A DNA stretch of 64,000 nt from Rhodoluna sp. (GCA_024641095.1 JAHEDR010000001.1:196387-260386); one strand, 5' to 3'; positions 30,005-38,518 are shown, counted from the stretch's first letter. Translations and numbers: made by a program. The notes: a model not told the origin generated them from the letters alone.

Positions 30005-31351
30005 ATGTCTTCAATTAACTCTGGTGCAAACGCGCCCAAAATTCTTATCGTCGGTGGCGGTTACGCCGGTTTCTACACAGCTTTCAAGCTAGAGAAGCTA
30101 TTGAATAAGGGCGAGGCAGAGGTCACTCTAGTTGATCCACTTCCATACCTTACTTACCAGCCCTTCTTGCCAGAAGTTGTTGCTGGTTCAATCGAGGCTC
30201 GTCACGTTGTGACTTCACACCGTCGTCACCTAAAGAGCACAAACATCGTTGCTGGAAAAGTTACCAATGTTGACCACGCAACCAAGACCGCAACCATCGA
30301 AGTTTCCGGCCTAAAGCCATACAAGATGCAGTACGACCAGATCGTTGTTACTGCAGGTGCCGTTTCACGTACCTTCCCAATTCCAGGTGTTGCAGACAAC
30401 GCCATTGGTTTGAAGACCATTGAGGAAGCCGTTGAAATTCGCAACCGCATCATCACAAACCTAGACAAGGCAGCAAACTTGCCAGCCGGTGCAGACCGTG
30501 ATCGCCTACTTACTTTCGTTGTAGTTGGCGGTGGTTTCGCAGGTATCGAGACTTTCGCAGAAATGCGTTCGCTTGTTAGCTATCTACTTCGCTACTACCC
30601 AAACATTTCTTTCGCAGACACTCACTTCCACCTAATTGAAGCCATGGGTCGCATCATGCCTGAGGTTGCGCTTGACACAAGCGAGTGGGTAATTGCAAAC
30701 CTAGACAAGCGTGGGGCAAAGATTCACCTGAACACTCAGCTTCAGTCTGCGGTTAACGGAAAGATTGAACTTTCAACGGGCGAGTCATTTGAGTCAGACG
30801 TAATCGTTTGGACCGCTGGTGTTATGGCGCACCCATTCGTACGCAACACCGATCTACCTCTTGACGAGCGTGGCCGAATCACCGCAAAGGCCTCACTTCA
30901 AATTGTTGATGGTGAAAAGCTTGTGGTTGATGCTTGGACTGCCGGTGACGTTTCTGCTGTACCTGATCTATCAGGTGGCGGCGTTGGTGGCTTCTGTGTA
31001 CCAAACGCTCAGCACGCTGTTCGTCAGGCTAAGTTGCTTGCTAAGAACATCGTTGCAACTCTTCGCAACCAGCCAGTAGTTGACTACTTCCACAAGAACA
31101 TGGGAGCCGTTGCTGGTCTTGGAATTGGTGTTGGTGTATTCCAGTACAAGAAGCTAGCCATCAAGGGTCTAATTGCATGGTTCATGCACCGTGGTTACCA
31201 CGGCTTGGCGATGCCAATGTGGGAGCGCAAGCTTCGCGTGTTCTCTGGTTGGATCTGGAACTTCTTGCTTCGCCGCGACATTGTTGCAATCTCTGCAACC
31301 AAAGACCCTCGATTAGCTTTCGAGACCTTCGCGTCGCGTCCAAAAGCTTAA
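30005..31351 (+). CDS. ndh: type II NADH:quinone oxidoreductase (NDH-2)
   Basis: Two dinucleotide-binding motifs (ILIVGGGYAG, VVVGGGFAGIE) and TAGD. Size is ~450 aa. Confidence 0.8.
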   Translation: MSSINSGANAPKILIVGGGYAGFYTAFKLEKLLNKGEAEVTLVDPLPYLTYQPFLPEVVAGSIEARHVVTSHRRHLKSTNIVAGKVTNVDHATKTATIEVSGLKPYKMQYDQIVVTAGAVSRTFPIPGVADNAIGLKTIEEAVEIRNRIITNLDKAANLPAGADRDRLLTFVVVGGGFAGIETFAEMRSLVSYLLRYYPNISFADTHFHLIEAMGRIMPEVALDTSEWVIANLDKRGAKIHLNTQLQSAVNGKIELSTGESFESDVIVWTAGVMAHPFVRNTDLPLDERGRITAKASLQIVDGEKLVVDAWTAGDVSAVPDLSGGGVGGFCVPNAQHAVRQAKLLAKNIVATLRNQPVVDYFHKNMGAVAGLGIGVGVFQYKKLAIKGLIAWFMHRGYHGLAMPMWERKLRVFSGWIWNFLLRRDIVAISATKDPRLAFETFASRPKA

Positions 31352-31393
31352 CGAAATTAAAGTTTCACGTACAAGCGGCGCGTGGTGCGTCGG

Positions 31394-31418
31394 AAAACTG
31401 AAATAACCTTTCAGTTTT
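31394..31418 (+). terminator. AT-rich hairpin after ndh (weak terminator candidate)
   Basis: AAAACTGAAA-TAACC-TTTCAGTTTT forms a perfect 10-bp stem with only 2 G-C pairs. The T-run is part of the stem. Confidence 0.3.
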
Positions 31419-31439
31419 TGGCCGCCACACCCGACGCTT

Positions 31440-31515
31440 GCCCTTGTATTCCAATGGCAGAGAAAGGCGACTTAAAATCGCTACAGTGTGGGTTCGAGTC
31501 CCACCAGGGGCACCA
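31440..31515 (+). tRNA. Atypical tRNA: anticodon TAA (Leu) on a class I (short variable loop) body, CCA encoded
   Basis: Hand fold: acceptor GCCCTTG/CAGGGGC, D stem TTC(C)/(A)GAA with loop AATGGCAG, and anticodon stem GGCGA/TCGCT. The loop is C-T-TAA-A-A (anticodon 31473-31475), the variable region is ACAGT (5 nt), the T arm is GTGGG-TTCGAGT-CCCAC, the discriminator is A, and CCA follows. The isotype is uncertain. Confidence 0.6.
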
Positions 31516-31570
31516 AAGTATTGAGCTTGCTTACAGCAAACTCTCAGCCACACGGGGTTAACATTTACCC

Positions 31571-32140
31571 ATGGACATCACACTCATCGTCATCATCGGC
31601 GCCATCGCGCTTATCGGTATTTTCCTTTGGTCTACCTACAACGGTCTAGTAACTCTGAATGTGAGAGTTGACGAGGCCTGGAGCGACATCACCGTTCAGC
31701 TAAAGCGCCGAGCAGATTTGATTCCAAACCTTATCGAGACCGTGAAGGGCTACGCCACTCACGAAAAGGAAGTTTTCGATAACGTCACCAAGGCTCGTGC
31801 TGCCACTGTTTCACCTCAGGTGCTCTCTCACCCGGCTCAGGCTGCTGCCGCCGAAGAGGGATTTGGTTCAGCAATGAAGAGCCTGTTTGCTGTGGCCGAG
31901 GCTTACCCTCAGTTGCAGGCCAACCAAAACTTCTTGAGTCTTCAGCAGGAACTTACTGACACTGAAGACAAGATCATGGCGGCTCGTCGTTTTTACAACG
32001 GTGGCGTTCGTGAACTAAACACCAAGATCAAGCAGTTCCCTCAGACTCTGTTTGTGCGCAACCTAGGTTTCAAGGAGCGCGAGTTCTTTGAGGTAGCCGA
32101 TTCTGCTGCAATCGCAGAGCCACCAACCGTAAAGTTCTAA
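31571..32140 (+). CDS. LemA family protein
   Basis: N-terminal TM segment, YNGLV.L...VDEAWSDI.VQLKRRADLIPNL and RRFYNGGVRELN motifs. Confidence 0.9.
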   Translation: MDITLIVIIGAIALIGIFLWSTYNGLVTLNVRVDEAWSDITVQLKRRADLIPNLIETVKGYATHEKEVFDNVTKARAATVSPQVLSHPAQAAAAEEGFGSAMKSLFAVAEAYPQLQANQNFLSLQQELTDTEDKIMAARRFYNGGVRELNTKIKQFPQTLFVRNLGFKEREFFEVADSAAIAEPPTVKF

Positions 32141-32141
32141 T

Positions 32142-33038
32142 TTGTACTCAGCAATAGCTGTCAATAAACGAAACACGTTTTTTATCGTGTTTGGTTTTGT
32201 CGCCTTGCTTGGCGGCCTTGCCTATTGGTGGGGAGAGGCCAGCGGTAACGGTTCCAACGCAATCATGATCATTGGATTTGTTGCCGTCTATGCACTGTTC
32301 CAATACTTCGTTGCAAGTTCTTTGGCAATTGCCATGAGCGGTGCAGTGCCAATCGAGAAGTCGGACAACCCAAGACTCTGGCGCATCGTAGAAAACCTAA
32401 GCATCACGGAGGGTATGCCGATGCCAAAGGTTTATGTAATTCCCGATGAAGCTCCAAATGCTTTTGCAACCGGCCGTGATCCAAAACACGCGGTAGTCGC
32501 AGCAACCACTGGCTTGCTTGCAATCATGGACGACAAAGAACTCGAGGGCGTTATGGCTCACGAGCTTGGTCACGTAAAGAATTACGACATTCGCGTTTCA
32601 ACAATAGTTTTTGGTCTAGTTAGCGCGGTTGGTGTGCTGGCTGACTTTGCTATTCGCATGGCCTTCTTCTCAAACCACGGGGGCGGTCGTCGCGATTCAA
32701 ACGACAACGGCCTTGGAGTGGCGTTGATTCTTATCGGCGTTGTTGCCAGCATCATTGCTTGGCTAATTGGCCCAATCGTTTCGGCGGCCGTTTCGCGTCA
32801 GCGCGAATACCTTGCTGATGCCACTGGTGCACATACAACCCGATACCCAGAGGGTCTGGCAAGTGCACTAGAGAAGTTGGGTAAGTATGGCCGTCCAATG
32901 CGTCGTGCCAGCTCATCAATGGCTCACATGTACATCAATGACCCGGTCAAGCCTGGCCTTACCGAGCGCCTATTCTCAACCCACCCGCCAATTCCAGAGC
33001 GAATTGCAAGGCTTAGGGCAATCGGCTCAAAGTTTTAG
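32142..33038 (+). CDS. htpX: M48 family zinc metalloprotease, HtpX-like
   Basis: HELGHVKNYD (HExxH), NAFATG and STHPP..ERI motifs with four TM-like segments. It starts 1 nt after the lemA stop, matching the known LemA/HtpX-like pairing. Confidence 0.85.
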   Translation: MYSAIAVNKRNTFFIVFGFVALLGGLAYWWGEASGNGSNAIMIIGFVAVYALFQYFVASSLAIAMSGAVPIEKSDNPRLWRIVENLSITEGMPMPKVYVIPDEAPNAFATGRDPKHAVVAATTGLLAIMDDKELEGVMAHELGHVKNYDIRVSTIVFGLVSAVGVLADFAIRMAFFSNHGGGRRDSNDNGLGVALILIGVVASIIAWLIGPIVSAAVSRQREYLADATGAHTTRYPEGLASALEKLGKYGRPMRRASSSMAHMYINDPVKPGLTERLFSTHPPIPERIARLRAIGSKF

Positions 33039-33112
33039 CCATCGGGTTCTCATAAGACCAATGGCCTAACAAACTAGACTTGCTAGAAGCACAGAATCTA
33101 GTGAGGTCCACA

Positions 33113-34351
33113 ATGTCAGCCAAAGTTACTCAGCCAACTCTTGCCGAGTTTGAACTCGCCCACGAGAACGTTTTGAAGGTTGCCATTGAGACCCCAATTC
33201 TGAAGAGCAACTTTCTGACCAAATTCACCGGTAACGACGTTTACCTAAAGTGTGAGAACCTACAGCGCACCGGTGCATACAAACTTCGTGGTGCGTACAA
33301 CCGGATGAGCAAGTTAACTGCTGCCGAGCGTAAAAAGGGTGTGGTTGCCGCCAGCGCAGGAAACCACGCACAGGGTGTTGCCCTTGCGGCCAAGAAGCTA
33401 GGCATCAAGGCAACTATCTTCATGCCAATCGGAGCGTCACTGCCAAAGCTTCAGGCTACAGAGAACTACGGCGCAGAAGTTGTTTTGACCGGTGCGGTAT
33501 TTGCCGAAACCCTAAAGGCGGCGCAGGCATACTCTGCTAAAAAGGGTGCAATCTTTATTCCGCCTTACGATCACCTAGATGTGATTGCGGGGCAGGGAAC
33601 CGTTGGACTTGAAATCATTGACGAGCTTGCCGACGTAGACAACATCATCGTTGCTATTGGTGGCGGTGGGTTGGCTGCTGGTGTGGCCACCGCTGCAAAG
33701 CTCAAGGCTGCTTCACTTGGTCGCAAGATCAAGGTATACGGCGTGCAGGCAAAGAACGCCTCACCGTACGTGCAGTCGCTAAAGCTTGGTCGCCCAATCG
33801 AGCAGAACATCACTCGCACAATTGCCGACGGTATCGCGGTTAGCAAGCCGGGTGCTATTCCTTTTGCGCTGATCAAAAAGAACTTAGACAAAGTCGTTAC
33901 CGTTAGCGACGACGAAATTGCCAAGGCAATCGTTGTGTTGCTTGAACGCTCAAAGATGGTGGTTGAGCCTGCTGGTGCAGTTGGTGTTGCGGCAATCATG
34001 TCTGGCGCACTAAAGCTAAAAGGCAAGACCGTTGTAATTCTTTCTGGCGGAAACATTGACCCACTTCTTCTTCAGAAGGTGGTTGGTCACGGTCTTGCTG
34101 CTGCGGAGCGCTACACATCTATCTCAGTGATGCTTCCAGACCGCCCAGGTATGTTGGTGAAGACCGCAGAGGCAATCGCCTCGGCACACGGAAACGTGGT
34201 TGAAGTTCTGCACACTCGCCACGGCAAGGGACTTGAGATTTCTGAAGTAGAACTAAAGATGTCGGTTGAGACCACCGGTCATGAACACCGTCAGCGAGTT
34301 TTGAAGGCGCTGCAGGATGCCGGTCTAAAAGCCCGTATCGACGAAGAATAA
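33113..34351 (+). CDS. ilvA: threonine ammonia-lyase (threonine dehydratase), short form with one C-terminal regulatory domain
   Basis: LKCENLQRTGAYKLRGAYN (PLP lysine context), SAGNHAQGVA and GGGGL motifs, with a C-terminal ACT-like segment. I prefer the ATG at 33113 (GAGG upstream) to the listed TTG at 33080. Confidence 0.85.
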   Translation: MSAKVTQPTLAEFELAHENVLKVAIETPILKSNFLTKFTGNDVYLKCENLQRTGAYKLRGAYNRMSKLTAAERKKGVVAASAGNHAQGVALAAKKLGIKATIFMPIGASLPKLQATENYGAEVVLTGAVFAETLKAAQAYSAKKGAIFIPPYDHLDVIAGQGTVGLEIIDELADVDNIIVAIGGGGLAAGVATAAKLKAASLGRKIKVYGVQAKNASPYVQSLKLGRPIEQNITRTIADGIAVSKPGAIPFALIKKNLDKVVTVSDDEIAKAIVVLLERSKMVVEPAGAVGVAAIMSGALKLKGKTVVILSGGNIDPLLLQKVVGHGLAAAERYTSISVMLPDRPGMLVKTAEAIASAHGNVVEVLHTRHGKGLEISEVELKMSVETTGHEHRQRVLKALQDAGLKARIDEE

Positions 34352-34381
34352 TTCGGCGAAGAATAGCTTGACGAAGAGTAA
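34337..34381 (+). repeat. 3 x 15-nt in-frame tandem repeat of the ilvA 3' end, each copy ending in a stop codon
   Basis: ATCGACGAAGAATAA / TTCGGCGAAGAATAG / CTTGACGAAGAGTAA, which read IDEE*, FGEE* and LDEE*. Confidence 0.85.
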
Positions 34382-34388
34382 AGTTTGC

Positions 34389-34420
34389 AAAAAATCCCCG
34401 GTCATTGACCGGGGGTTTTT
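34389..34420. terminator. Bidirectional rho-independent terminator
   Basis: AAAAAA-T-CCCCGGTC-ATT-GACCGGGG-G-TTTTT, between convergent ilvA and greA. Confidence 0.85.
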
Positions 34421-34421
34421 A

Positions 34422-34910
34422 CTAACCTAAGAAGTTTTTGACTTCTAAAATCTTGATCTCACGCTCTTTGCCATTTGGTGCAAAGAATGAAACCGTGTCG
34501 CCAACCTTGGCACCCATGATTGCAGTTCCGATTGGTGAATCTGGGCTGTAAACCTCAATGTCACTACCTTCGGCAATTTCTGCGCTGCCCAGTAGGAACT
34601 CCATCTCGCTGCCATTCATGGTGAGCTTGATTACGGTGCCTTGTTCAACTACACCGTTTGATTCGCGAGCTTCACCAACAACGGCGTTGGCCAAAATGTT
34701 TTCAAGTCGGGCTGCACGCGCTTCGATCTTGCCTTGCTCTTCTTTAGCAGCGTGGTAACCACCATTTTCCTTGAGGTCACCTTCTTCGCGTGCCTCTTGA
34801 ATCTTCTTGGCAATATCCTGGCGAGCTACGGTGAGCAGGTATTCCAATTCACTCGCAAGACGGTCATAGGCTTCTTGCGTTAGCCAGGTTGCTTCAGGGG
34901 TTTCAGACAT
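34422..34910 (-). CDS. greA: transcription elongation factor GreA
   Basis: WLTQEAYDRL..ELE.L, GDL.ENGGYHAAKEEQ and a C-terminal FKBP-like domain. Confidence 0.95.
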   Translation of the reverse strand: MSETPEATWLTQEAYDRLASELEYLLTVARQDIAKKIQEAREEGDLKENGGYHAAKEEQGKIEARAARLENILANAVVGEARESNGVVEQGTVIKLTMNGSEMEFLLGSAEIAEGSDIEVYSPDSPIGTAIMGAKVGDTVSFFAPNGKEREIKILEVKNFLG

Positions 34911-34922
34911 AATTTCTCTAGT

Positions 34923-35306
34923 TTATTTGAGCCAGCACTTATCAACCAGCCCAGATACTCCAAGTTCGGTCGTATTCACGAAGGTTTCGTATTCACCCGA
35001 TGCCGCCACGGGCACTTCCTTGTAGCCAACCACTGAGTAACTCTGGTTTAGCACCTGAATGGCGCACACGGCCGGCCCTGCAGGGGTTTGAACCGCAAAC
35101 TTCACCGATGCCTGTAATGGGCTAATGATCTCGTATCCGCGATCCTGGGTCTTTATCTGGTTGGCACCTTGCACACTCACCCAAATGGCCCAGGCAAGAA
35201 AGGTTGCCAAAAGCACAGCGGCCAGGCCAATGATTAGCTTGCGGTTGGGCTTATTGCCGGCACGCTTACCGTAGCGCTCGGCCATTAGGTCAGATACAGA
35301 ACTCAT
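34923..35306 (-). CDS. DUF4307 domain-containing membrane-anchored protein
   Basis: A basic N-terminus (ERYGKRAGNKPNRK) followed by one TM segment and a beta-rich domain. Position upstream of greA is conserved in actinobacteria. The family is assigned from memory. Confidence 0.6.
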   Translation of the reverse strand: MSSVSDLMAERYGKRAGNKPNRKLIIGLAAVLLATFLAWAIWVSVQGANQIKTQDRGYEIISPLQASVKFAVQTPAGPAVCAIQVLNQSYSVVGYKEVPVAASGEYETFVNTTELGVSGLVDKCWLK

Positions 35307-35331
35307 TGCTTTAAGGCTACATACTTAAGTC

Positions 35332-35574
35332 ATGCAAACTTTGATTTCAGCACTTCTGGCCGCCTCGCCAAGCCCAACCCCATCGGTTGACCCGGCCAAT
35401 ACTTTTTACAGCCCGGGAACCATTGGCTTCATTGCCACTTTTGGCATGGCACTGGGCGCAACCTTGCTGATTTTTGATCTAGTTCGCCGCGTTCGCCGCG
35501 TACGTTACCGCGCCGAAATTCAAGAGAAGCTAGACGCCGAAGCTGCCAGCAGCGGGGCTAAGCGCAATAAGTAA
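35332..35574 (+). CDS. hypothetical small membrane protein
   Basis: 80 aa with one TM segment (IGFIATFGMALGATLLIFDLV) followed by RRVRRVRYR. Its 3' end overlaps the convergent hemolysin III gene by 45 nt. Confidence 0.4.
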   Translation: MQTLISALLAASPSPTPSVDPANTFYSPGTIGFIATFGMALGATLLIFDLVRRVRRVRYRAEIQEKLDAEAASSGAKRNK

Positions 35575-36222
35575 TGCCGCGGTCCAGTGGCACATAAATG
35601 CCAGAACCGTAAACGAGTGGAAAATTTCGTGGAATCCAAAAACACCCGGTACCGGGTTTGGTTTCTTTAGCGCGTAAACAATTGCACCAAGTGTGTAGCA
35701 AAGACCGCCAACCAATATCAGAATCATCATTGGCGCGTTGGCATTCATAAAATCAACCACAAACACGAACGCGCCCCAACCCATTGCAATGTAAATGGGT
35801 ACATACAACCAGCGCGGTGCGTTAATCCAAAAGACTCTAAATCCAATGCCCAAAATTGCGGTGCCCCAAATGATGGAAATCAGCAGCGAAGCTTTGTCTT
35901 GGGGAAGTGCTAGCCAAGTAATAGGTGTGTAGCTTCCGGCAATCAGTAAAAAGATGTTTGCGTGGTCAATGCGCTTTAGCGTGACCTTTACCTTTGGGCT
36001 CCAATTGAAGCGGTGGTAGAGCGCCGAGTTTCCAAACAGCAAGACCGAGCTTGCAAAAAATATTGCGGTGGCAATTTTTGCGGGTACTCCGTTAGCCAGC
36101 ACCACAAGCACAATTCCACCGGCAATCACCAGTGGTAGAACGCCCGTGTGAATCCAGCCGCGCCAGGTTGGCTTGGTCTCCGGTGTGGTTTCTCTAAAAC
36201 CTTCGCTGATTGGCATGCTCAT
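35530..36222 (-). CDS. hemolysin III / PAQR family membrane protein
   Basis: Seven hydrophobic segments, with S.LYH..NWS, DH..IFLLIAG.YTP and HE.FH motifs. Confidence 0.85.
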   Translation of the reverse strand: MSMPISEGFRETTPETKPTWRGWIHTGVLPLVIAGGIVLVVLANGVPAKIATAIFFASSVLLFGNSALYHRFNWSPKVKVTLKRIDHANIFLLIAGSYTPITWLALPQDKASLLISIIWGTAILGIGFRVFWINAPRWLYVPIYIAMGWGAFVFVVDFMNANAPMMILILVGGLCYTLGAIVYALKKPNPVPGVFGFHEIFHSFTVLAFMCHWTAALLIALSPAAGSFGV

Positions 36223-36262
36223 AAGGCCACTCTATTACCCAACCTGAAGTAGCCTTATCGGT

Positions 36263-37024
36263 GTGCGAAACCTGATTTACCGCCTGTATGAACGCTCGCT
36301 TGAGCGCGGCTTGGCGCCAGCTGATCTGCCAAAGCACGTTGCGGTGATGCTAGACGGTAACCGCCGCTGGGCAGAGCGCCGCCCCGGCGCAAAGGCGGCC
36401 CACGGGCACGCTGCAGGCGCCAACAAGATCTTTGAATTTCTTGGCTGGTGTGACGAAATCGGAATCAAGGTTGTCACCCTTTACATGCTCAGCACCGATA
36501 ACCTCGCTAAACGAGATTCCCAAGAACTAGAGGACCTGCTAAAAATTATTGGCTCGGTTGCTACCGAAATGGCCAAGCGTAAGCGCTGGAAGATTCGCAT
36601 CGTTGGCGACCGCGATTCACTTCCAACAAATCTACTTAGCGAGTTGGAAGCTGCCGAACAAGCAACCTTCAAGCTAAACAAGCCCGAGGTGAATTTGGCT
36701 GTTGGCTATGGTGGCCGCAAAGAAATTGCAGATGCCATGCGATCAATTTTGAAGAAGCACTCAAACGAGGGCACCACCATTGATCAGCTCGCCGAGCTGC
36801 TTGACCCAGACCTAATCACTGAGCACCTTTACACCGGCGGCCAGCCGGACCCGGATCTGATCATCAGAACTTCGGGGGAGCAGCGATTATCGGGTTTCTT
36901 GCTTTGGCAAAGTTCAAACTCGGAACTTTATTTTGAAGAGGCCCTTTGGCCAGATTTTCGCAAGGTGGACTTTCTTCGTGCCATCCGTGCTTTTGAATCA
37001 AGGCATCGTCGTTTTGGAGCGTAA
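36263..37024 (+). CDS. uppS: isoprenyl transferase (cis-prenyltransferase, UppS / Z-farnesyl diphosphate synthase family)
   Basis: HVAVMLDGNRRWA, YMLSTDN, IRTSGEQRLSGFLLWQS and E.YF....WPDF motifs. GTG start. Confidence 0.9.
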   Translation: MRNLIYRLYERSLERGLAPADLPKHVAVMLDGNRRWAERRPGAKAAHGHAAGANKIFEFLGWCDEIGIKVVTLYMLSTDNLAKRDSQELEDLLKIIGSVATEMAKRKRWKIRIVGDRDSLPTNLLSELEAAEQATFKLNKPEVNLAVGYGGRKEIADAMRSILKKHSNEGTTIDQLAELLDPDLITEHLYTGGQPDPDLIIRTSGEQRLSGFLLWQSSNSELYFEEALWPDFRKVDFLRAIRAFESRHRRFGA

Positions 37025-37066
37025 CGCTGTCGCTTTGGCGCATAGTGCTGCCGCTTTGGTGCGTAG
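37004..37066 (+). repeat. 3 x 21-nt in-frame tandem repeat of the uppS 3' end, each copy ending in a stop codon
   Basis: CATCGTCGTTTTGGAGCGTAA / CGCTGTCGCTTTGGCGCATAG / TGCTGCCGCTTTGGTGCGTAG, which read HRRFGA*, RCRFGA* and CCRFGA*. Confidence 0.85.
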
Positions 37067-37165
37067 GTAAACAGTAGATAACGAACCCGATTTCGGGCGT
37101 GTCTAAACCTCAAGTTGAGATTTAGCGGGCGTAGTTTGGGCACAAGCTGAAACAAAGGAGCTTTA

Positions 37166-38518
37166 GTGCCTAAGTCATCTTCAACCGCTGCCGCCTCTGC
37201 CGGTAAAACAACCGAGAAGAAATCCACTAAAGCGTCAACGGGTACCAAGACTTATGTGCTCGACACCTCGGTGCTCTTGTCAGATCCAAAGGCAATCTTC
37301 AAGTTCAAAGAGCAAGAAGTTGTTATTCCAATCATCGTGATTAATGAACTTGAGAAGAAGCGTCACGACCCGGAGATTGGTTACTACGCTCGTCAGGCTC
37401 TTCGTCACCTAGATGACCTGCGTATTGAGCACGAGCGCCTAGATTTTCCGATGGAAGTTGGCGACGGGGGAATGCTTCGCGTTGAACTAAACCACATTGA
37501 CCAAACCACATTGCCAAAAGGCTTCCAGCTTGGTGACAACGACAGCAGAATTCTTGCCGTGGCATTCAACTTGGCCAGCGAAGGTCGCGATGTGACCCTA
37601 GTTACCAAAGACCTACCGCTAAGAGTCAAGGCTTCGGCTTTGGGCATGAGTGCCGACGAATACCGAAACGACAACGCTGTCGATTCGGGTTGGACCGGCA
37701 TTTCTGAGTTAGCTATGTCAGCCGATGAAATTTCTGATCTATATGAGACCGAGGTAATCAGGCACAAGGAAGCCGCAAACCTTCCGATCAATACCGGTTT
37801 GGTAATTACCTCAGAACGTGGCCATGCATTGGGCCGCGTTGAGAAGGGCGGAAAAATCAAACTGGTTCGCGGTGATCGCGACGTGTTTGGTGTTCATGGC
37901 CGTTCTGCCGAGCAGCGTTTGGCAATTGACGTACTGCTGGACCCTGAGGTTGGAATTGTTTCACTTGGTGGACGTGCAGGTACAGGTAAGTCGGCAATGG
38001 CTCTGCTAGCTGCTCTCGAGATGGTGCTTGAGCGCCGTCAGCACAAAAAGATCATTGTCTTCCGCCCAATCTTTGCGGTTGGCGGTCAAGAGCTTGGCTA
38101 CCTACCTGGTAGCGAAAACGAAAAGATGAACCCTTGGGGGCAGGCAATTTTTGACACCCTTGGCCCATTGGTTTCCAAAGAGGTAATTGATCACATTGTT
38201 GATCGCGGACTGCTTGAGATTCTTCCGCTAACTCACATTCGTGGCCGTTCGCTGCACGATGCTTTTGTGATTGTTGACGAAGCTCAATCGCTTGAGCGCA
38301 ACACGTTGCTTACCGTGCTTTCACGTATTGGCCAAAATGCCAAGGTCGTTCTAACCCACGATGTCGCCCAGCGCGACAACTTAAGAGTTGGACGGCACGA
38401 TGGAATTGCGGCAGTGATTGAATCGCTAAAGAACCACGATCTATTTGCCCACATGACCCTGCAGCGCTCTGAACGTTCAGCAATTGCTGCCTTGGTTACA
38501 GACCTACTCGACAATTAG
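37166..38518 (+). CDS. phoH2: PIN domain-PhoH-like ATPase fusion (PhoH2)
   Basis: N-terminal PIN ([12 protein letters not shown] ... NDSRILAVA), Walker A GRAGTGKS and Walker B VIVDEAQ. GTG start with an AAAGGAG SD. Confidence 0.85.
   Translation: MPKSSSTAAASAGKTTEKKSTKASTGTKTYVLDTSVLLSDPKAIFKFKEQEVVIPIIVINELEKKRHDPEIGYYARQALRHLDDLRIEHERLDFPMEVGDGGMLRVELNHIDQTTLPKGFQLGDNDSRILAVAFNLASEGRDVTLVTKDLPLRVKASALGMSADEYRNDNAVDSGWTGISELAMSADEISDLYETEVIRHKEAANLPINTGLVITSERGHALGRVEKGGKIKLVRGDRDVFGVHGRSAEQRLAIDVLLDPEVGIVSLGGRAGTGKSAMALLAALEMVLERRQHKKIIVFRPIFAVGGQELGYLPGSENEKMNPWGQAIFDTLGPLVSKEVIDHIVDRGLLEILPLTHIRGRSLHDAFVIVDEAQSLERNTLLTVLSRIGQNAKVVLTHDVAQRDNLRVGRHDGIAAVIESLKNHDLFAHMTLQRSERSAIAALVTDLLDN

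Noticed and set aside
36928-37248. 106-aa minus-strand ORF with YAPKRQ repeats
   Set aside because: It is the antisense reading of the 21-nt repeats at the uppS terminus and of the phoH2 5' end. It has no start signals and conflicts with two well-supported genes.
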